Part shown: positions 57,755 through 64,000 of the stretch, in pieces
Position numbering within the stretch: the first letter of the stretch is position 1
How the letters are laid out: each line of letters starts with the position of its first letter
From: a virus
Lineage: Duplodnaviria > Heunggongvirae > Uroviricota > Caudoviricetes
IMG/VR virus record: IMGVR_UViG_3300009093_000040
Length of the DNA stretch: 64,000 nt
Strand: one strand, 5' to 3'
The notes under the pieces: model-generated
Databases searched by the model: none
What the model was told of the DNA's origin: nothing
What the model saw: the letters and a program-made list of their open reading frames with translations, nothing else
Made by a program: the position numbers and the translations under genes

Positions 57755-58085
57755 AGTAGACTCACTCAAAAAATTCACACCTACCCAAGTTCGAAAAATG
57801 GGAGATGTGATTGTTAAACTTCATGAGTGTGATACTCTTTTATCAACAACCAATCAACAGTTGAACGTGTGTCAAGATAAAGTACAGGATCAACAAGAGC
57901 AGCTGGTCTTCCTGAAACGAGAGAATTCAGATAGAGATACCATTATCGCTAACAAGAATGTACAGATTCAAGATTTCAATAAACTGTTAAAAAAATTAGA
58001 TAGACGAGTTAAGTGGACCAAGTTCGGTTGGATTAGTACCACAGCTATACTAGGGGGGCTTCTGATCTATTCTGTAGCTCATTAG
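57669..58085 (+). CDS. Signal-peptide plus coiled-coil plus C-terminal-TM protein
   Basis: 'MKKRFNISITHLSILFMLLFSKNLTAQ' signal-like N-terminus; C-terminal 'WISTTAILGGLLIYSV' TM. Confidence 0.35.
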   Translation: MKKRFNISITHLSILFMLLFSKNLTAQNKVDSLKKFTPTQVRKMGDVIVKLHECDTLLSTTNQQLNVCQDKVQDQQEQLVFLKRENSDRDTIIANKNVQIQDFNKLLKKLDRRVKWTKFGWISTTAILGGLLIYSVAH

Positions 58086-58384
58086 CTTTCTTCTTTAGTT
58101 TCAGGTTTCCCACTGTAAAATAGCTCCTTTATAAGTCCTTGATCATGAAACAGGGGATTTGTCATACCAACCTTCCTTATGACTTCGATCGCTTGTTCTA
58201 GGGGGAATTTACCACCAAATAAGGCAATATATTCAATGTCCTTTTCCTCACCATGCTTTAATGCTGGTGCAATTCGCGCTTTCATCTCCTGAATGCTATT
58301 TTGGGTAACTACGATACCAGTACTGTGTTCGTGGGCAGATGTGAACCATACCCACCCAACGACTCGTGTTTTGTTATATTCCAT
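58082..58384 (-). CDS. Hypothetical protein (100 aa)
   Basis: Non-repetitive ORF. Confidence 0.35.
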   Translation of the reverse strand: MEYNKTRVVGWVWFTSAHEHSTGIVVTQNSIQEMKARIAPALKHGEEKDIEYIALFGGKFPLEQAIEVIRKVGMTNPLFHDQGLIKELFYSGKPETKEES

Positions 58385-58751
58385 AGTGTGTTTTGATTAA
58401 GGTTAACTGTTTTTGTTCTATTTTTCGGGTTTCCTTTTCCGAGCGGGCTTTACCGTCTTTAGTTTGAAAGCTGCAGGTCATATGAGGGTGTACCTCGCTA
58501 CCAAATTCTTTACAAACATCCGGGCGATCGTTATAGATTTGACATTTAAAGTCACTGGATAAGAAAGGACAGGTTAAATCAGCTGTTTTAGCGATAACTG
58601 TTTCATCTACAAAATCCATCAGGTCTTCCACCGGTCTTTGAACAAGGTGAAAATTAGCGTTAAATACGCTCCTTTTTATAGGGACAGGTCCACAGCATTT
58701 AGCAGCACACTTATTATAAAATAAGCTGCAATTCGGGCAATTTTTTGACAT
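58374..58751 (-). CDS. YkgJ-family Cys-cluster (putative Fe-S/Zn) protein
   Basis: 'CPNCSLFYNKCAAKCCGP' followed by 'CPF...CQIYNDRPDVCKEF', the characteristic CxxCx(n)CC...C pattern. Confidence 0.5.
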   Translation of the reverse strand: MSKNCPNCSLFYNKCAAKCCGPVPIKRSVFNANFHLVQRPVEDLMDFVDETVIAKTADLTCPFLSSDFKCQIYNDRPDVCKEFGSEVHPHMTCSFQTKDGKARSEKETRKIEQKQLTLIKTHYGI

Positions 58752-58770
58752 TTTTGATTATTTTTGTTGT

Positions 58771-59064
58771 ATGAGTAATGAAAAAGAAGTAAGTAAAGTT
58801 GAAGCAATCGCTAACGATTCAATTATTGATATAAAAATTAGTGGTTTATTTTACGGTAGAATACATCAGATGCTACTTTACCATGCGGGTCAAAAACCCT
58901 TCGATGAATTTATAAAAGAAGTTAAAGCGGTGAGATCTGGTCCACCTCAAAATCAATATCAAGAACATCTTCTTAGTTTACTTACACTTATTCATGAAAT
59001 AGAAACTAAAGCTAAAGCGCAAGGCAAAATAAATTTTGTTGCTCCAGATCAAAAGAAGGGATAA
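58771..59064 (+). CDS. Hypothetical protein (97 aa), divergent from the ykgJ-like gene
   Basis: Non-low-complexity ORF filling a gap in the minus-strand array. Confidence 0.35.
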   Translation: MSNEKEVSKVEAIANDSIIDIKISGLFYGRIHQMLLYHAGQKPFDEFIKEVKAVRSGPPQNQYQEHLLSLLTLIHEIETKAKAQGKINFVAPDQKKG

Positions 59065-59473
59065 TCCTACTAATAATTACTTTAGCTTTCAGCAGTTTTA
59101 ATTTATTGCTCAAAAAACTTCTCATTTTAAAACAATAGCTTTTAAGCTCATCACCTGAAGTTGTCACTTTCGATTTGAGTTTTAATTGATGCCTTCTCAA
59201 TACATCAATGTTTTTCTTTTTCTTCTTACCATTAATCTTTACGTAGTCGTACGGATCTTCTTCTTCCTTAAACGTTGGTGAATTCATCCAAGTTGGAAGG
59301 TAAGTAGAAATAGGTTGCGTTCTATAAACATCAGGATTTACCATGTCGTTTTGTTTTGCTGTTTTTAAATCTGTAAAAAATAACACAGGATGCTCTTGTT
59401 TACTTGATAGTAAAAGTTCAAGTGCTGCCCTGCTTACGGCTTCACCTATTAATAAAAGTTTAATGTTTTTCAT
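59012..59473 (-). CDS. Hypothetical protein (153 aa)
   Basis: ORF in the array. Confidence 0.35.
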   Translation of the reverse strand: MKNIKLLLIGEAVSRAALELLLSSKQEHPVLFFTDLKTAKQNDMVNPDVYRTQPISTYLPTWMNSPTFKEEEDPYDYVKINGKKKKKNIDVLRRHQLKLKSKVTTSGDELKSYCFKMRSFLSNKLKLLKAKVIISRIIPSFDLEQQNLFCLAL

Positions 59474-59475
59474 TG

Positions 59476-59658
59476 TTATGGTTTAACAGGTTCAACATAT
59501 CCATCCGGATTTATTTCAATTACCGGAGAAGTATCAATAACTTTTCCTACTCCATCACAAACAATACAACCTGTACCATTACAATTTTTACAATCAGTCG
59601 CTTTATTTTCCATTTTAATTTGTATTTCTTTTACATCTATCACAAGACCAATGTCCAT
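59476..59658 (-). CDS. Small Cys-rich protein
   Basis: 'CKNCNGTGCIVCDG'. Confidence 0.3.
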   Translation of the reverse strand: MDIGLVIDVKEIQIKMENKATDCKNCNGTGCIVCDGVGKVIDTSPVIEINPDGYVEPVKP

Positions 59659-59908
59659 TTATTTTACTTTGTTGTGTATAAATCTGACAACTATCGCACA
59701 TATCAAATCCGTGAGCTTCTCCTTTAACCGGAGGTTTATACTTCACATCTTTTATTTTGAAATGTTTTACAAGTTTTTGAGCAAATTTTTGAATATCTAA
59801 TGCAGATCTATAACCTTGTCTTATTTGCTCCAGATTTGCAGCTAATTCCATTGTAACATTAGCTGTTTTTTCATCCATTTTAAAAGGTGGTTTTATATTT
59901 TCATCCAT
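59615..59908 (-). CDS. Small Zn-ribbon protein
   Basis: 'CDSCQ...CDRCK'. Confidence 0.3.
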   Translation of the reverse strand: MDENIKPPFKMDEKTANVTMELAANLEQIRQGYRSALDIQKFAQKLVKHFKIKDVKYKPPVKGEAHGFDMCDSCQIYTQQSKINGHWSCDRCKRNTN

Positions 59909-59916
59909 GTTTTATT

Positions 59917-60288
59917 TTATCTAAGATTTATACCTACTAATTCTCCTTTTTGAATGATGGTTTCCATAACCATATCAAGTTCTTCTTTACCCATATCACC
60001 AAAGGATTTACATTCTCCTTGTATACAAAATCCGGTATCATGTTTAATAGCTAATTTTATTGCTTCAAAACTGGCACCTGTAAAGGCAGCAAGTTTTCTA
60101 ATGCATATATTCACTTTAGCTAATTGCGTTAAAGCACCATGTGTACCAGAGGCATCAAAAATAACGTAAACCCTTTCACCCTCTTTAATCAAATCGCAAA
60201 ATTGCTTGAATAAAATCTCATCAGATTTTTTTTCATAAACAACTTTGCCTCCTCGTTTTATGAATCCGGTTAAGAAAACACCATTCAT
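59917..60288 (-). CDS. Hypothetical protein (123 aa)
   Basis: ORF in the array. Confidence 0.35.
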   Translation of the reverse strand: MNGVFLTGFIKRGGKVVYEKKSDEILFKQFCDLIKEGERVYVIFDASGTHGALTQLAKVNICIRKLAAFTGASFEAIKLAIKHDTGFCIQGECKSFGDMGKEELDMVMETIIQKGELVGINLR

Positions 60289-60289
60289 A

Positions 60290-60859
60290 TTATTTCTTTT
60301 TAAAACAAGCTGTCTGGCTATTCAAATAATTCCAGTTAACAACATTGATAGGATCAACTATTTTATTGTGGACCATCCAATCCTTTTCAAAAAATTCTCT
60401 TTCAAAATCATGAGCAATAATTACAGAATGCTCAGGAAGATGTGGAACAAATATTTTGAATTCTTCCGGTTTATTACCACCATCAACAATTAACAAAGTT
60501 GGTGCTACTTTAATGATGTCAATTACCATGTTAGGATACTGAAATACATCACAAAAATGTGTACGAACATCCAAGCGTTTAAGTAATCTATCAGTCTCTA
60601 CAGAAGTTTGTTTGGTTATTTCGTAACTGTGGCAATCTAAACCACGAGCAACTGCTTCCATACCTAAATACAAACTCATGCTTCCTGTAAACTGTCCTAT
60701 CTCAACCACCTGTTTAATAAGAGGGTTTTCATTAAGCATTTTACTAATCGTATGAAAAGTATAATAGTTTAATGGGGCATCCTTAATTGTTGTAAAGTTT
60801 AATCCCCACTCTAATGTATCTCCTGATTGACTTTTAAGCCACTCGTAATCCTTAGCCAT
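60290..60859 (-). CDS. Class I SAM-dependent methyltransferase-like protein (CmcI/TylF-like O-MTase?)
   Basis: 'VVEIGQFTGSMSLYLG' glycine-rich SAM motif-like; in an operon with glycosyltransferases. Confidence 0.45.
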   Translation of the reverse strand: MAKDYEWLKSQSGDTLEWGLNFTTIKDAPLNYYTFHTISKMLNENPLIKQVVEIGQFTGSMSLYLGMEAVARGLDCHSYEITKQTSVETDRLLKRLDVRTHFCDVFQYPNMVIDIIKVAPTLLIVDGGNKPEEFKIFVPHLPEHSVIIAHDFEREFFEKDWMVHNKIVDPINVVNWNYLNSQTACFKKK

Positions 60860-61571
60860 GTTGTTTTAATTTTTGAATTGTTTGTTGTAATCGTTCTTTA
60901 CCTAAAGTTTCCCAAGCTTGTTTATCTTGCTCTAATAATTTATCTCTTAATGGAAGACGTTCCAACGTGGTGCTCCAATGATGAAAAGCTAAAAAATTAA
61001 TTGGTGCTAATACATGATAACCATCTGCGCGCAGCAAATCATAAATGTAAGTATCACCAAACCATATCTTAACTATATCAAAAGGCAAAGGATAAACTAA
61101 TTTGGCTTGCATTCTGTTTAAAGTTATGAAAACACCCGGAGGTCCAGTTTCAAGCACATCTGCTTTAGTAGGTTCTTTTCCTATTGGTTTTTCCATCATT
61201 GTTTTATCGTCAATGATATGAGGTGATAACACTTCATTAGAATCAATAGTCCATCGCTTTTGCAATATATCTGCCCAATCTTCCTGAAGATATAAATCGG
61301 AATTCATAATACACAAATGATCATAATGTGTTGAATTCAAAAAATGACGTATAAAATCATTCCAAGGTCGATTAACAAATTCATTAGTCATGCTGTGCCA
61401 AACTTTTATTCCATATTTTATTTCATAATTATGAAGGACTAATTTGACATCACCATCTGCACCATTATCCAAGATAAGAATATCTACATTAGGTCGGTTA
61501 ACCAGATGTGATAAGCATTCTTCTAAAACTACCCCATTATATAATGCAGGTATACACACTAATATTTTCAT
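60852..61571 (-). CDS. Family-2 glycosyltransferase
   Basis: 'KILVCIPALYNG...DILILDNGADGD' GT-A N-terminal signature. Confidence 0.5.
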   Translation of the reverse strand: MKILVCIPALYNGVVLEECLSHLVNRPNVDILILDNGADGDVKLVLHNYEIKYGIKVWHSMTNEFVNRPWNDFIRHFLNSTHYDHLCIMNSDLYLQEDWADILQKRWTIDSNEVLSPHIIDDKTMMEKPIGKEPTKADVLETGPPGVFITLNRMQAKLVYPLPFDIVKIWFGDTYIYDLLRADGYHVLAPINFLAFHHWSTTLERLPLRDKLLEQDKQAWETLGKERLQQTIQKLKQHG

Positions 61572-61759
61572 TTATAATAAAATTTTTATATTAAACATTC
61601 TTTAAATAGATTTCCACCATCTACCACAAATTAAACATTTATATGGACCATAAGCTTTAAACATTTTATGTTTGTCTAATAAAAAACCATGTATAAACAA
61701 ACACCAAATAGTACCGAACACTCTCCTCCAAATCCATTTAATTATTTTTAACATATTGT

Positions 61760-62344
61760 TTATTTTAAATAAAAGTTAATAAACCAATCCACAGTGCGTC
61801 TGTTCATCCACACATCACGATTGCGTAAGAAATTGGCATAAGTTAAATCCTGACCTTGTAAGTCTAATTTTTCTTGTTTGCCTTTTGTAATTATACCACA
61901 ACCCCAATCAGTATCTACCACAAACATTTCAACATCTTCTTTTTCGGCACGTTTTCTTACGAAAGCTTTCCAAGTATCACCGGTCCATTCGTTTTGACTT
62001 GTTAATGGAATAAGTTGCATGAACTCTGTAGTAGGTAAACAATCATGCATCACAATAGTTCCTCCTTCCGCTAAAGCATTTAATGAGTTTTCAATATCTT
62101 TTTCTACCTGATCTGAATGATGAAGACCGTCGATAAAAATAATATCAAACTTGTAAGGATTTTTACTAAAGAACTCATCTGATGTTTCGAAAATAGTAGC
62201 AGCACTTCCTTTATCAGGATCTACTCCAACTTTTACATCACAATTAATTGCATTGATGCAAGAGCCGTCTCTTACTCCAATTTCTAAATATTTTTTGTAA
62301 CCGTGCTTTTGTATCAAAGCATTAATGATTCCGATTCTATTCAT
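61760..62344 (-). CDS. Class I SAM-dependent methyltransferase
   Basis: 'YLEIGVRDGSCINAI' motif I ... 'IIFIDGLHHSDQVEKDI...GGTIVMHD'. Confidence 0.55.
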   Translation of the reverse strand: MNRIGIINALIQKHGYKKYLEIGVRDGSCINAINCDVKVGVDPDKGSAATIFETSDEFFSKNPYKFDIIFIDGLHHSDQVEKDIENSLNALAEGGTIVMHDCLPTTEFMQLIPLTSQNEWTGDTWKAFVRKRAEKEDVEMFVVDTDWGCGIITKGKQEKLDLQGQDLTYANFLRNRDVWMNRRTVDWFINFYLK

Positions 62345-62867
62345 GATTTTTATTTTTTATGTTTGTTAAGTAATATTCCCAAATTATTTCAGTGTCATCA
62401 TCCATTAAAATAGCAGCTGCTTTTTTGATTTCCTTTTCTCCCCAATCCCACCAAGACATTTCTAAAAATCTTTTTATATCATCCCTAGAAAATCTATGTT
62501 GAATGTATTTAGCAGGCACACCACCTACAATTGCATAAGGAGGTATACTTTTAGTTACAACAGCATGGGCAGCTATTACAGCTCCTGAACCAATTGTAAC
62601 TCCTCCCATTATCAAAGCTCCCTCACCTATCCAAACATCATTTCCAATCAGGATGTCTCCGCGTGTAACAGGGTGTTTAGCTTTTATTTCTTCTACATCT
62701 AGGAATAACTGATTTAAAGGAAAAGTTGTTATGTTGTGTGTATTGTGTTGCATGCCTGCATCAAAAACAACGTTCTCTGCTATACTACAGTATTTACCTA
62801 TTGTAACTTTACTCAGTCCACCTTTTACGGTGGCAGCAGAATAACTATTTTCTCCTAATGTGATCAC
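62337..62867 (-). CDS. Hexapeptide-repeat (left-handed beta-helix) acetyltransferase
   Basis: 'IGNDVWIGEGALIMGGVTIGSGAVIAAHAVVTKSIPPYAIVGGVPAKYI' hexapeptide repeats (CatB/Vat-like). Confidence 0.6.
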   Translation of the reverse strand: MITLGENSYSAATVKGGLSKVTIGKYCSIAENVVFDAGMQHNTHNITTFPLNQLFLDVEEIKAKHPVTRGDILIGNDVWIGEGALIMGGVTIGSGAVIAAHAVVTKSIPPYAIVGGVPAKYIQHRFSRDDIKRFLEMSWWDWGEKEIKKAAAILMDDDTEIIWEYYLTNIKNKNHE

Positions 62868-63490
62868 TTATACTGGTTTTTAATTTGTTCACACTCTTCT
62901 TTGGTTAACCATTTTTCGATTCCATGATAACCCAATGTGCCTAATCTGAATAATGCTTCCGTAGAAAACTTTTCTGCTACTTCTATTGGAGCTAATTTAC
63001 CCACCTGATGATCATGCATGTGCATACAAATCCAATGGTCTTCATTTAGTGAACCATTCCATTTGAATCGCTGACATACCTCAAGCATTACTTTTGGGTT
63101 GCGTAAACTAAGACCACCATTTCCTGCATAGTCAGTGTTCCATTTCCATGGTGCACCTACATAATCATATTCATAAAAGTCTTCAATACCTCGTTTAAGG
63201 AGCATGCTGTCGCTTTGGAATATAACTACGCGATCGTATTTGGTAAAGAACTCCCAGAAGCGTGTTGATGTCAACAAACCATTGTATTCACCAATAGAGC
63301 TCATATCATTAACTCTATTGATAAAAATCTTTCCTTCCTGTTTAGATTTCTCTAAATCTTTGGTTGGCGCATTAGGATGTGTATACCAATGTAAATCCGT
63401 TTCGGGAGGTAATTTATCCATGTGTTTTTTGATAATGTCATCAATATTCCAAATGGACCTTGTTTCTATAATAATAGCGGCTAGTTTCAT
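62864..63490 (-). CDS. Putative nucleotide-sugar transferase-like protein
   Basis: 208 aa; 'VGAPWKWNTDYAGNGGLSLR'; operonic with GT/MT genes. Confidence 0.35.
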   Translation of the reverse strand: MKLAAIIIETRSIWNIDDIIKKHMDKLPPETDLHWYTHPNAPTKDLEKSKQEGKIFINRVNDMSSIGEYNGLLTSTRFWEFFTKYDRVVIFQSDSMLLKRGIEDFYEYDYVGAPWKWNTDYAGNGGLSLRNPKVMLEVCQRFKWNGSLNEDHWICMHMHDHQVGKLAPIEVAEKFSTEALFRLGTLGYHGIEKWLTKEECEQIKNQYK

Positions 63491-64000
63491 ATCAATTCTT
63501 TATCGTAATTAGGATGTTGTTTTAAAATGTCAGGTAAAGTTGTTTTATCAAAAGGTACAGCATTCCATAAGTTGATACTAACCGGGTGCAAATCACCAAA
63601 ATTATTTTCAGGAGACCATTTATAAAAAATCTCATCTAACCAGTTAGGTTTTATTTCACTGGAGTGTCCAAATATTTTGTATTTGTAGCGCATAATTTCT
63701 TCACGCTGAGCGACACTAAAATGATAAACACGTAAAGGGCAATTTATATTTTGAAGTTGGTTTGGTGCATGTAAATTTTCAATTCGGAAAGGTCTGAAAC
63801 CATCTTTGCAAACCCAAGAGAAAGAGCGGAAAAAGTTTATATACCCATCTAAACCATAATACCGCTCTCTTCCTTTTAAGGCAAATTCTAAAGCATTTGG
63901 TAAATCTTTTTCTTCGTATACTTCATCAGCATCAATCGTAAGAATTAAATCATACTCACCTGAATATTTATACCTAACGTCTCGGTGTAAAGCTTCGTAA
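63487..64000 (-). CDS. Family-2 glycosyltransferase-like protein, 5' end beyond the window
   Basis: The minus-strand frame stays open to nt 64000; 'LILTIDADEVYEE' DxD-type motif; the supplied 68-aa ORF is only its C-terminus. Confidence 0.45.
   Translation of the reverse strand, partial: YEALHRDVRYKYSGEYDLILTIDADEVYEEKDLPNALEFALKGRERYYGLDGYINFFRSFSWVCKDGFRPFRIENLHAPNQLQNINCPLRVYHFSVAQREEIMRYKYKIFGHSSEIKPNWLDEIFYKWSPENNFGDLHPVSINLWNAVPFDKTTLPDILKQHPNYDKELI

Noticed and set aside
40457-63512. Other short antisense ORFs in the right half (40457-40699, 42277-42537, 44058-44255, 44366-44578, 45756-45950, 46205-46423, 46535-46753, 48718-49106, 49899-50156, 50435-50626, 50787-51005, 51488-51879, 52506-52715, 53602-53796, 54648-54893, 56628-56993, 57412-57660, 59473-59727, 59954-60169, 60245-60493, 63204-63512)
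   Set aside because: Embedded in stronger opposite-strand genes with recognisable motifs; repetitive or hydrophobic translations
63487-63693. 68-aa ORF treated as an independent gene
   Set aside because: The minus-strand frame stays open upstream to the window edge and encodes a GT-A-like 'DADE' motif, so it is the C-terminus of a longer, truncated gene
1-64000. CRISPR array, rRNA, integrase or attachment site
   Set aside because: No regularly spaced direct repeats, no rRNA-like conserved stretches and no tyrosine or serine recombinase motifs were seen; prophage status therefore not supported from this window

Overview
The window is AT-rich and gene-dense, with the architecture of a large virulent phage of a Bacteroidetes/Flavobacteriia-type host. 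My best guess is a crAss-like (Crassvirales-type) phage, but I cannot verify that without searches. No tRNA, rRNA or CRISPR array was recognisable by eye.

Positions 1-30456 (+ strand) form a co-oriented block of very large, translationally coupled virion genes: a 5'-truncated 907+ aa protein, then 403, 956, 951, 1499, 3089, 1326 and 580 aa proteins. The 3089-aa product carries a 'DFDYD' DxDxD motif reminiscent of the crAss-like virion RNA polymerase catalytic loop, plus a 'HEAWH' zincin-like motif. The 1499-aa product embeds a histidine-phosphatase (RHG...H) module. A GIY-YIG homing endonuclease gene sits between two of these structural genes.

Positions 30459-54375 (- strand) form a replication and nucleotide-metabolism module. 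It contains a small phi29-like family-B DNA polymerase flanked by two HNH endonuclease genes, a DnaB-family helicase, a TOPRIM primase-like protein, a DEDD 3'-5' exonuclease, a RuvC-like resolvase, an SSB-like protein, a T4-like dNMP kinase, further HNH and HNH-AP2 endonucleases, and an SPFH lipoprotein. It also holds a nicotinamide phosphoribosyltransferase + Prs-like pair, which looks like NARP1-type NAD+ reconstitution, i.e. anti-Thoeris/SIR2 counter-defence. That pair is interrupted by two tiny lipoprotein genes and a HAD-phosphatase gene.

An intact IS1-family transposase gene (54402-55238) lies at the end of this module. Next to it is a roughly 160-bp remnant of a second copy of the same IS 3' end.

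Right of the IS there is a GC-rich, apparently structured non-coding stretch and a compositionally atypical lipoprotein gene. These are followed by small membrane and coiled-coil proteins that may be lysis-related. The right edge of the window holds a methyltransferase / glycosyltransferase / hexapeptide-acetyltransferase / YkgJ Fe-S glycan-modification-like cluster that runs out of the window.

Smaller oddities are also reported: alternating (GC)n runs confined to the giant genes, an identical 14-mer ending two adjacent genes, and an internal tandem repeat in a coiled-coil protein.
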